Positions 50,421-61,715 of a DNA stretch of 64,000 bases are shown one piece after another. The stretch lies in NCBI GenBank assembly GCA_001179505.1, contig CDMY01000244.1, forward strand, positions 1-64,000. Reading direction: 5' to 3'. The translations under genes were made by a program, and so were the position numbers. The notes beneath the pieces were generated by a model. The model worked only from the letters and a program-made list of their open reading frames with translations, searched no databases and had not been told where the DNA came from. Numbering within the stretch: position 1 is the first letter of the stretch; each line of letters opens with the position of its first letter. Source of the stretch: Vitrella brassicaformis CCMP3155 (taxonomy: Eukaryota; Protista; Chromerida).

Positions 50421-53400
50421 ATGGAGCGGCGGCAAGGCGATGGCGGTAGAGTGCTATCTATCGACTCGGTTGATGAATCCAGACAAACAACCGATTCATC
50501 GTCGGTCGTCCAGGCGTCGGGCGAGTCGGCGCCTCTGTGGCTGTCGCTGGGCAACCATTCCCACAGCAGCAGCCACATCTACCACCAGCAGCAGCATCAG
50601 GACAGCAGCATCAGCGCCAATCCCTACCACATCGTCCTCTACAAAGGGCGGCAGATTGTGGTCTACAACCCATACCAACAGAGGATTGGCGCGCAGTGTC
50701 TGACCAGCGTCGAGGAGGAGGCCATACGCGTCCGGTAGGCAGGCACTCGACAGACAAGGGAGAGATCTCCGTGTATGTGGGATTTCACGGGTGGCCCCGC
50801 GCGTGTGTGCCTGTCTGTTCTCTGTCAGGCGACTGGCTCGGTGTCCGATGTGCTCCCAAGTGGTGGACTTGCAGTAAGACATGCACACACGGCACAACAC
50901 AGCACCATGCAGAAGGAGCGAGCACCCTTCAATCTCCCTGTGTGTGTGTGTGTGTGTGTCAGGACCTTCTCCTTCATGGCGTCATCCTACTTCCACATCC
51001 TTCACGTACGCTATACACACACATCCATCCATCGATCCATCCATCCATCGATCCATCCATCCATCCATCCATCCATCGACCGCCCTGTGCTTTGTTTTTC
51101 TCCTGCCCTTCTTTCTGCTCAGGAGGTGTACATGCGCCAGTTCCACCAGCGTAACTCCAGCCCGACTGGCCAGGCCGCCCCTATGGCCACCAACAGCGGC
51201 GAGCATGGGCACGAGGCTGCTGGAGCCGCCGAGGCTACCAACCCCTTCATCGTTCAACCGCCAGCTGATGGCGGGCCACCTGAGAGCGGCGGACAGCCTG
51301 TCACCAAGGTGGGTAACTGGGTGTTGGGTGCGCGGGACTGAGAGGACAACAGGGTCCGTTGTGACGCGTGCTTGTGTGTGTTTGCCGGTCAGAACATTCC
51401 CCCAGGATTGCTCGTGACGGGGTACTATGACCGGTTCTTCATCGAGATCCGGAAACTCGGTGGGATAGAGAGTGCGATGGGTGGGTCCATCATGTCGGCG
51501 CGTATAATGTGTTGTCCCTTGATGACTGCAATGCACAGGTTCCGGCAGCTACGGTCAGGTCTATCTCTGCAGGCACGTCCTCGACGACCTCAGCCTGGTA
51601 TGCTTGTGCGCACACCCGTGAGCATTCTGGTCAAGGTCGGCAGGTCAGAAAGACCATTGCGGCGCTCTGTCGTGGCTTGTGCAGGGCGACTACGCCGTCA
51701 AGAAGGTGCCTGTGGGCGACGACAGGCAGTGGCTCAGAAATGTAAGCCCTTACAGCCCATACACATGAATGAGAGCATCTGCATGTCTGCGTGTCTGGTG
51801 CAGATGATCCGTGAGGTCAAGATTCGCGAGAAGCTCCACCACCCCAACATAGTCGACTACAAACACTCCTGGCTGGAGGTGGGCAGGGCGACGATCCCAT
51901 CCTCTCCGTGTGCAATCCCGCAGCTCTCGCCGCTCTCACTTGTGTGTTTGATCAGATGCATCGGCAGTCAGAGTTCTGCGTGTCGGTCCCCTGGCTGTTC
52001 GTCCTCATGGAATTTTGCAATGCCGGTGCGTCTGACCATTGACACGCGACACCCAGGGCCCTCTTGTCTCACCTATGTGCCGTTGGTGTGTGGTGTAGGC
52101 AACCTGGAGGACTTTGTGTGGGATGCCCGCAACGGGCAGCCACAGTACCTCACCGACATGCAGATCTGGTGTGTGCGACCAGAGAGGAGGCACAGACACA
52201 CAGACAGAGGAGGCGACAGAGAGCTGTGCAAGGTTGCCTTCGGTGTTTTGTGTGTGTGTGTGCAGGAAGCTGTTTCTGGACGCGTGTCTGGGCCTGCAGC
52301 ACCTGCACCACATGGGCATACTCCACAGAGACCTGTGAGCACATCCATAGAGGGAGGGACCGAACAGACGGACGCCTTGAGCGGCATGGCATCTTTGCAT
52401 GTCTTCAGCAAGCCGTCGAACATCCTCCTGCAGTACTCTGTCGACGAGCTCACCAACAGACAGGTGGGTCGGTGGGGCAGAGACAGAGACGACGAACACA
52501 CACCGCCCCATCTGCTCCTTATTCATTTGCTCGTATGTACCTGTCTGCAGACCTGCAGAGGTCTCCTGGCCGACTTCGGCACTGCAGAGGTCACCAGCAG
52601 CAGCACACACCAGATACATTGCACCTGGACTATCGGACGCGTTCCTCGCTGCAGTTGTTTTCCGAGCGTGCGCGGCGCGTCAACCGCCACGGGTTCACGG
52701 GGACGGTCGAATACACCGCACCCGAGCTGCTCGAGTGCGACGAATCTGTAGGCAAATATAATGCACGACAGACAGCCCGACATCGTCTCGCTGGATGAAT
52801 GAAGGTGTCGCTATGCGTCGTGTGTTGTGGTGTTTGGTGTGAGGGCAGGGCCACTACAACGAGGATTACGACGTGCACGCCGACATGTGGTCTCTGGGCA
52901 TCCTCCTGTACGCCCTCTGCTACGCTCAGGTCCCTTACAGCGACCCCGACCCACAGGTGCGCATCACACACACAACACACACACACAGAGCCGCTGCATC
53001 CATTCGTCTCGACCTTCGTGTGCGCTGTTCACCTTTAATGCCCTCCACCCATCCATCAGGCGTGTCGGTTGAAGATCCTGGCGCACACGACAATCGCTCT
53101 GCCCTCCCATCCCCGCCGCGGCCCCGACCTCCAGCACCTTATCCACGCCCTCACTGCGCGGGTCAGCCAGCACAAACAAAGAGACATACACTCAGACCGC
53201 CACACAGTTCAGGCCGGTGGGTTGCTGTGTCAATCGTCCTTGTGCGTGCAGCCTCCAGCGTTGCGCCCCTCGACTGACGACTTGCTGGCGAATCCGCGCA
53301 TCGTCGACATTCTCAGGGACGCAAACATTCTCAACGGTACAACACATGAATCAGCACAGCGTCAAGGAGTGCCCTGAGTTGTGTCTGTATGGGTGTCTTT

Positions 53401-54116
53401 ACTCAGAGGCGTCGAGTGAGTTGGCCGACATGGTGCGGCCGCGTGTCGTCGAGACGGACTCAGCACCCTTACCAAGGGTAACCCAGCCACACACAGAAGG
53501 AGGCAACAGCAACCAGCCCTCATCAACTGTGCGTTTCCCTCCCCTTGTGTCTGTCTATCTGTCTGTCTGTCTGTCTGTCTGCTTCATTCAGCAACCGTCT
53601 CGCGGCAACCAGCTGTCCCGCACACGTTCTCCCCTGCTGCCGTTCGCCTGCCCCGACCCATCAGCTGACGTCATCATGGACCCCGCTTCCCAGGACAGCA
53701 TGCCGTCCGCCCTCCCGCCCCCAGCCCTCCCCATGCCGCCATTCATCGACGACCGGGCCGCTGCAGCCCGCAGCCGGCAGGCCGGGGGTGCACGCAGGCC
53801 CCCGGCATATCCAGCCAGTGGCAGGGGAGGGGCGGCCTTTGATGCTGCTGCGGCTGCTGCGCCATCGAGCAGGCCATATGAGGTCAGTGGCAGCCTACCC
53901 ACCTACACACACGAACTGGTTGGTGCGTTCGTTTGATGGTTGGTTTGTTTGTTTGTCGTCTGTGTGCAGTTCGATCGTCGCATCCACAGCATCAGTTCCG
54001 ACACGGACATGTCGCCGGGCGGCGTGCCGTCTGGCCCCGCCAAGGCGTATCCGAACATCCCCATCCCGCTGCCCAACACCCCCCTCCGGCCCCCACCAGC
54101 ACCACCTAATGGCTAG
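50421..54116 (+). CDS. IKS1-like Ser/Thr protein kinase
   Basis: [16 protein letters not shown] and CPMC N-terminal elements; [14 protein letters not shown]|[51 protein letters not shown]|[26 protein letters not shown]. Confidence 0.85.
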
Positions 54117-55285
54117 TAAATGATGATCATATGGTTCGCATGACCGTTGTTGGCATGGCGTGGCGTGAATGGGTGGATGTGTGAATAATGACGGATGGGT
54201 GGGTGGGTGTGGATGTTGAGTGATGGACTGACTGACTGACTGACTGACTGACATGTATGAACAACAAAGGAAGGAGTCCAAGAAGGAGTCCATCCATGTC
54301 TGTCTGTCTGTGTGCGTGGCATGAGTGAGGCGCGGCGCCTATTGAGTGGACAGACATCAGTGAGACGATGTGCATTCGAAACAAATACGCTCCTGACTCT
54401 GCCTGCCTGCTGGTGTGGTGGAATGGGCTGAGTCGACATAAGTAGATGAGGCCTCTCTGAGCACCCAGCAGAGGTCAAATGGAGGCCCTCTCCGCCCAAG
54501 CATGAGCATCTCTGGCATCACACCTCCGTCTGGACGTCGACATACGCGGAAAGCGAAATTCAAATGCGCGAGATTTTTGCGAGCTGAGACGGAGACAAAA
54601 ATGGTCTACGAGCTCGCAGTCCATTTTTCACAATTTTTCGCCGCGGTTCGGCTTTGCAGCTTTGTTTCGGCCACAGATGCTCCGTTTCTTTTTCTTTTCG
54701 GTTGGCTGTTGGCTAAAGTTGTCCGCCCCATCTCCCTCTACCCCTCCCAACTCGTCCGGATTCATCCGCCACTTTTTTCCTCCACCGCCGTGCCCCGGGT
54801 GAGGCCTCGTCTGATGGCGCCCTGCCTTCTGCGGAGCGGCTGGCGTCCCCCTGGCGCCTGCAGAGTGCGCACGCACGTTCTCTTCACATAAACCGCCCAT
54901 CAGGTGAGTACATATGAGTGTGGCCTCGTGCGTCATATCTCTTGGGTGCGATGATGATGTGGTGTCTGGATGATTTGTAGGGATGAGGGCATGGTGCATT
55001 TCCTTTCGTGGGTAGGCTCGGATGCCTCCTGTTGCCGTGTTTGTGTGTGCAGAAGAAATGGTGATTTCGTCGTTTTATTCCCGTCTCTTTTGCTCGACGC
55101 ATTTCTCTTAGGTGGATGAGGTGGGTGACTGCCTCATCACGTTCACGTCGGATTTCCTATCTGCTGCTTTCCAGAAACGCAATCCTCTGGTCCGACGAGA
55201 AAAGCGCGAAAAAGAGACAGATTCAAAATTGTATCTGATTTGTTTGTTGGCTCATGTGGGCGGCGTGGTTTGGTCGTCATGTCAG

Positions 55286-55495
55286 GAGGATTCGGCGGTG
55301 AGAGATGTCCAACCGGCCGAGACCAAGGAGGAAGGAGCTGTCGTTGGTGAGCAGGCCCCTGTGGCTGCTGTTGAAGAGAAGAAGGAGACCGTGACGGAGT
55401 TCATCTTTGTGTCTTGCAGCCGGCCGAGAAGTTTTCCCAACGACGACAGCCTCCTGACCAACAAGAAGGCATGCGTATGGAAGCCACAAAGGTAG
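55286..55495 (+). other. Orphan exon-like coding fragment upstream of J-domain copy 2
   Basis: Acceptor tgtcag at 55280-55285, then an open frame EDSAVRDVQPAETKEEGAVVGEQAPVAAVEEKKETVTEF. Upstream intron-like segments at 54905-55110 and 55120-55285. No secure start codon. Confidence 0.3.
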
Positions 55496-55612
55496 TCGCG
55501 TATTCACGTGCACTGTCAGAGATTCAGAACGCTCACTTATTTCTTCAGCAGAAAAACGAGCAGTGTCTTCGATCTGAGTAGGCCAGTCGCCTCATTCGCT
55601 GCCCGGCCCGCC

Positions 55613-56654
55613 ATGCCTGAGTACTACGCCTACCCGCCCGCTGCCATCAGCTACACCCGCTGCCACTACGTCGTGCTGGAGGTGTCGCCCTACGCCACCA
55701 AGAAGGAGATAGAGAAGGCCTACAGGAAGGTCTGTCGTCAGGTACGTACGCATTCAGCACCGATGGACACAAAGAGAGGCGGAGCGGGGCGTTTTCATGT
55801 AGTGTGATGTGATGTGGTGTGAAGAGAACAGAAAACAAGAGAAGACGATGATGCGATGAGTGTCGACTGAAATGAACGCATGCTTGAGCCTATGTGACTG
55901 CATCAGCTGGATTGTGTTGTGCTGTCTGCAATGTGTGTGGGTGCAGCACCCGTACCTCCACCCCGACAAGAAGAGCCTCCACAGCTACCAGCTGATCAAG
56001 GACATCAACGCGGCTAAGACGGTGCTCATCGACGACGAGGCCAGGGCGGAATACGACGCTAGCGAGGTAATAAGCCTGATCATTGGCACACACTGGTGCA
56101 CTGGTAGTGCGCACATGACGGACAACAATGCACGTGAACCCCTGTGTGTGTGTGTGTGTGTAGGGCGTCACCGAGGCCAACAGGGCGTAGGTCATGAAGG
56201 ACTGGGAGCAGTACGTCGAGCGCATGAGGGTGAGGGCCTCTCACCACAGTCACCTCACAACACACACACACTTATCCCCTCCCCTACCTGTGGACACTCT
56301 GTCCTCTCTCTGTGCGTGTGGTTGGCTTTCAGCGGGACAGGGAAGAGATGCGCAAGCACGCCCTGGGCCTGGCCAACTCCCATCCCCATCCCTGCCAAAC
56401 CAGCCCCACCCGCCACCACCACCGCCACCACCTACGCACCACCCCCGCCCCAGACCCCTCCCCCCGTCAGCATGTGGTTCGAGGACGGCTCTTATCGCCT
56501 GGTGGTGCCGGTGGCGTGGTGGGGCGAGGGCGAGGACGGCTTCTATGCAAGCCCGCTCACTAAGTGGGATCGCGCCCATTGGCAGAGGGTGGGGGGATAT
56601 TGGGTGGTGACGGAAGGGGCATGGGGCAAGGTATGTGTAAGGCAGGCATCATGA
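55613..56654 (+). pseudogene. J-domain gene copy 2, disrupted
   Basis: Exons and introns are near-identical to the 35664-36799 copy. In-frame TAG at 56188-56190 (GAG in copy 3), a +1 frameshift near 56376-56380 (GCCAACTCCCATC vs GCCACCCCCATC in copy 1), and 3' truncation after GGYWVV. Confidence 0.8.
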
Positions 56655-56787
56655 TACATTGATTAATTACCATGTCTCATTCTTGTTCTTCTTGTTGGTT
56701 GGTGTCTCTCTGCTGTGGTTCAGGCCGCCGGTCGGCAAATTGCTGCTTACATTTTATATCGGCTGGCTCGTGAAGACTTGTCCATGC

Positions 56788-56920
56788 GCTGGAGGTGTCG
56801 CCCTACGCCACGAAGAAGGAGATAGAGAAGGCCTACAGGAGGGTCTGTCGTGAGGTACGTACGCCCGCATGCCAATAGACACAGAGAGAGGCGGGGCGGG
56901 GCGAAGTGACGTGAGTGCAG
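56788..56920 (+). pseudogene. Fragment of J-domain exon 1 plus the start of intron 1
   Basis: CTGGAGGTGTCGCCCTACGCCACGAAGAAGGAGATAGAGAAGGCCTACAGG...GGTACGTACG matches the second half of exon 1; no start codon and no downstream exons. Confidence 0.75.
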
Positions 56921-57061
56921 AGAGGTGGAGAGAGGACGATGATGCGAGAGCCATGGCTGCGTGATCATATGACGCATTGATGTGTGCTCTAAGGTTCAGA
57001 GAGAAGAAGGTGTGAACGTTCACGCCCCTATCGCCCACCGCTGCTGCTGCTGCTGCCCGCC

Positions 57062-58433
57062 ATGACTCAGTACTACGCCTACCCGCCCGCTGCCCTCAGC
57101 TACACCCGCTGCCACTACGTCGTGCTGGAGGTGTCGCCCTACGCCACCAAGAAGGAGATAGAGAAGGCCTACAGGAAGGTCTGTCGTCAGGTACGTACGC
57201 ATTCAGCATCGATGGACACAAAGAGAGGCGGAGCGGGGCGTTTTCATGTAGTGTGATGTGATGTGGTGTGAAGAGAACAGAAAACAAGAGAAGACGATGA
57301 TGCGATGAGTGTCGACTGAAATGAACGCATGCTTGAGCCTATGTGACTGCATCAGCTGGATTGTGTTGTGCTGTCTGCAATGTGTGTGGGTGCAGCACCC
57401 GTACCTCCACCCCGACAAAAAGAGCCTCCACAGCTACCAGCTGATCAAGGACATCAACGCGGCTAAGACGGTGCTCATCGACGACGAGGCCAGGGCGGAA
57501 TACGACGCTAGCGAGGTAATAAGCCTGATCATTGGCACACACTGGTGCACTGGTAGTGCGCACATGGCGGACAACAATGCACGTGTACCCCTCTGTGTGT
57601 GTGTGTGTGTGTGTGTGTGCAGGGCGTCACCGAGGCCAAGAGGGCGGAGGTCATGAAGGACTGGGAGCAGTACGTCGAGCGCATGAGGGTGAGGGCCTCT
57701 CACCACAGTCACCTCACAACACACACNNNNNNNNNNNNNNNNNNNNNNNNNNNNNNNNNNNNNNNNNNNNNNNNNNNNNNNNNNNNNNNNNNNNNNNNNN
57801 NNNNNNNNNNNNNNNNNNNNNNNNNNNNNNNNNNNNNNNNNNNNNNNNNNNNNNNNNNNNNNNNNNNNNNNNNNNNNNNNNNNNNNNNNNNNNNNNNNNN
57901 NNNNNNNNNNNNNNNNNNNNNNNNNNNNNNNNNNNNNNNNNNNNNNNNNNNNNNNNNNNNNNNNNNNNNNNNNNNNNNNNNNNNNNNNNNNNNNNNNNNN
58001 NNNNNNNNNNNNNNNNNNNNNNNNNNCCCATCCCCATCCCTGCCAAACCAGCCCCACCCGCCACCACCACCGCCACCACCTACGCACCACCCCCGCCCCA
58101 GACCCCTCCCCCCGTCAGCATGTGGTTCGAGGACGGCTCTTATCGCCTGGTGGTGCCGGTGGCGTGGTGGGGCGAGGGCGAGGACGGCTTCTATGACAGT
58201 CCACTGACCAAGTGGGACCGCGCCCATTGGCAGAGGGTGGGGGATATTGAGGGGTGGCGGGGCAAGAGAGCGGCTGCTGCTGCCGCGGCGCGGCTCGCAG
58301 CCTCCGCATGGCGTTCACACACGCCTGCGAGGCCCGGGCCCGCCTGCAGAAGGCGGCCACCAAGGTCGCCCAGAGGATGGCCACATGGGCGAAGGGGATG
58401 ACGGGCGGGTGGGCCGGCGGGGAGGGGAACTGA
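57062..58433 (+). pseudogene. J-domain gene copy 3 (spans the gap; 3' part frameshifted relative to copy 1)
   Basis: J domain with HPD is intact. After the gap the G run near 58238 has 5 G instead of 6, and in the ancestral frame the Trp codon reads TGA. It could still encode an intact J domain with an altered tail. Confidence 0.65.
57727..58026. other. Assembly gap (300 N)
   Basis: Run of N inside the third J-domain copy. Confidence 0.99.
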
Positions 58434-58515
58434 TCATTCATGTGTGTGCTGTGCGTCCGTTGGTCGGGGGTCGTCCGTTGGTTGGGTGGTTGTGGTGCAG
58501 CCGGGGATAGCCTTG

Positions 58516-58881
58516 ATGGAGAGCGACGCGCCCCCTCGCCCCCCTTCAGCCATCTCATCCCTCTGCGACCTCTACTACAGATGGGAGCCCTCACCTAACG
58601 GAAGCTCGAGTGGAACGTCCACTTTCCCCCTCACCACACACCACGCGGACCCACCCCAGCCACAGCCTGCGACAGCAACACAAACCAGCACTCAGGGCAG
58701 CGATCGAGACGACCAGCAGTATCAGGATGAGGGCGGGGAGCAGCAAACGCAAGTTGACATGAGGGACAGTGGCGCCCATGTAGAAGGGGCTGCAGAGAGT
58801 GAGGCGAGGAGGGCTGTGGTTGTGCTGCAGCCGGGTGGCAGCCCGCTGACAGGACAGGATGCATCTTCGCCAGCCCGCTGA
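58516..58881 (+). CDS. Possible short orphan ORF (Q/T/P-rich)
   Basis: ATG 58516, 121 codons, no intron-type microsatellite inside. No motif recognised. Confidence 0.25.
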   Translation: MESDAPPRPPSAISSLCDLYYRWEPSPNGSSSGTSTFPLTTHHADPPQPQPATATQTSTQGSDRDDQQYQDEGGEQQTQVDMRDSGAHVEGAAESEARRAVVVLQPGGSPLTGQDASSPAR

Positions 58882-59280
58882 CCAGTTGGGATCACTCCCG
58901 CCGGCAGAGAGGGAGGGGGAGTTCATGTTCATCTCTGCCTACATTTTATATTGTGTTGTCTGTTGGTGAACTACACATTATATTATCTGGTTGGTTGGTT
59001 GATTGGTGTCCCGACCATGTGAAGACATAACGATGATGTGACGGGACAGCTCACTTGCGATACATCCAGCCGTGTGCGGTGCACTACAGATGGATGGCTC
59101 TCGTGTGTACCACGGTGGACAAGGTGGACAGGGTTGGGCAATCAATAAGCGTTTTGACGGACGGACGGACTGACGGACTTCTCATATCACCACACACACA
59201 CCTACACATGCCTCCATCACTGTTCGTGCGGCAAGGCAACCCATCAGCAGATGTCTCCCTCCCTCCCTCCCTCCCTGCCT

Positions 59281-61187
59281 TCATCCATTCTCCCGGCCTT
59301 GACCTTTGCTCTCCCCCTCAATGTCAGCCCGCCACTCGTACATGTCACCGATGTCTATACCAGCAACCGACAAAGCCTCCTTGACCCACAAAGGAGGCAC
59401 ACCCGCCCCCTGCACGCCGCTGTTCCCCTTGCCCTCATCGGCCTTCTCCCCACTCTCGCGACCTGTGTCGGCGTCAGCAGCGACTTTCCGCTTCTTGGCT
59501 GGCGGCTGCTGGCCGTCAGGGTCGGCTTTGAGTGGGGCGGCGGCGCTGTTGCCCCTGCTCCTGTCTTTTGTCGCTGGGAAGTGGTGCTTGAGGAAGGTCC
59601 TCACGAAGTCGGGGAAGGTGTCGTTGAGGATGGCCTTGCGCATGGACGTCATGAGGGCCTTCATGTAGTGCAGGTTGTGAAGGGTCACCAGGTGACACGC
59701 AGTCGCCTCCTGATCACACACACATGCACATGCATCCATGACAGGGGACAGAGAGCGGTGTTTGTTTGTCGGCGTGTTGGGGTGGTAGCCCACTCACCTT
59801 GGTGACGATTGAGTGCAGGAAGGCTCGTGTGTAGTTCTTGCAGGTGTAGCACTCGCACCCCTCGTCGATGGGCCTGAAATCGCCCGCATACTCCCTCTGC
59901 TTCAGACGCATCAAACCTGCATCCAGCACGCACACACACGTGGCTCGCTCTCCTTTTCCCCATCGACACATGCACCCACCCCCATCCACCCCCACCATGT
60001 GTGACCATAGCAGTGCCGAATCTGGCCGTCCTGCACGGGTAGACGCAGTCGAACATATCAACACCCAACGCCACACACACCACAATGTCCACAGGGTAGC
60101 CCACACCCATCAGGTAGCGCGGCTTCGTCGCCGGCAAACCACTCTCGGGACGAGTGCACTGCTCACACACACCACACAGACAGACAGACAGACAGACAGT
60201 GTGATGTCCACCAGGCTGCCTGCGATGTCACCGCTCACCTGTTCGACAATCCTCCAAAAGACGTCTTTCTCCTCTCCGCCCGACAGCCCCCCGATGGCGT
60301 ATCCCGGCAGGTCCCTCTCAATCATGCCCTTCAGCGACACGGCCCGCAGGTCCTCGTGCAGCCCGCCCTGCACTATGCCGAACAGGTTCTGCTCACTGGG
60401 CCTCGCGTGCGCCTTGATGCATCGGTCGAGCCATCTGAATGTGCGGTGGGTGGCCTCCTCCACTCGGTGACGGTCGGGCAGCGTGGCGCTCACCACATCG
60501 TCCAAAGCCATCATGATGTCCGCACCAATAGCATTCTGTGGGACCGATACAATGCACACACGTCATCCATGAGGGGGGGTTGTGCTTTGCTGTGCTGTGC
60601 TGTGCTGTGTGTCGGCACCTGGTATTCGATGGACTTTTCGGGCGTGAGCAGCATGAGTGAACTGTCGACGGGTGACTGGAACTGCACGCCCTCCTCGGTG
60701 ATCTGCGCCAGCTTGAGCAGCGACACCATCTGGAACCCACCGCTGTCGGTGAGAAGGTTCCGCGGCCACCGCATGAACGAGTGCAGCCCTCCCGCCCTCT
60801 TGAGCACCTCACACCCCGGCCGGTTGCCGAGGTGGTAGGTGTTGCCCAGCATGATCTGGAAGTCAAGAGCTTCCATCTGCACACACGACGCAGACGACAC
60901 AGACAGGCAACCATTGAGCTGATATGAATCGTTTCCCTCTTGCCTTGCCTGCCTGAGTGAGTGACCTGTTCCGACGTGATTCCCTTGATGGTGCCTTGTG
61001 TGCCGACAGGCATGAACACAGGTGTGTCGACAGGGCCGTGAGGGAGCGACAGCCGGGCAGCACGAGCCCGATGGAGTCTGCCTTGCACGGCGAAGGCGAG
61101 GGCGCGGCCGGGGGGGATGGGAGGCGCAGATCCGCCTCCCTGCTCATCTTCTCGAGGCCTTTTCTGCCCTCTCTGGTCCAGATCCAT
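59281..61187 (-). CDS. QTRT1: Queuine tRNA-ribosyltransferase catalytic subunit (eukaryotic TGT)
   Basis: [98 protein letters not shown], zinc site CECYTC...HN. Confidence 0.96.
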
Positions 61188-61715
61188 CTTCGCCCACGCC
61201 CCTTCCAAAACCCTTCGGATCGAAGTCATTGCACTGTTTTTTCCAGGTTCTCGGCTTTTGTGTATGTGTGTGAATGCGCGAGACCTTCACACTCATCTGT
61301 TGACATCCAGACGTCGATGTATCTGGCATTCACTTCGTTCGTCAGACCATTCTCACTCAGTCACTCAACTGGCTAGCCTCACAACAGGCTCGCTTACTCA
61401 TGCATCGCCCCGCCCGTCCCCAGCTTACTCACACGCCCATCCATCCATCCATCCATCCATCCATCCATCCGCACCCACATAGCATATAGCCCGCCAGAGA
61501 CATCGACAACCGACAGAAGAGCTAGCTTAGCTGTATGTACACAACACACTGATCTATCTAAAACCAAGGGGCATCTATCTCATCCTTTGCTGTACAAGCC
61601 AAGCCACGCACCAAGAAAAGCCTACAACGCGTCAGCCAGTGCAGTGAGTGCACCAGCCCATCTAATGTATCTACGACAGCCCAGCCAGCCCTCTCTCCCC
61701 TGCCTGTTCATTCAT

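Noticed and set aside
11679-61187. RNA-modification cluster (RluA, PIWI, TGT)
   Set aside because: The genes are tens of kb apart, separated by unrelated genes, and act in different pathways.
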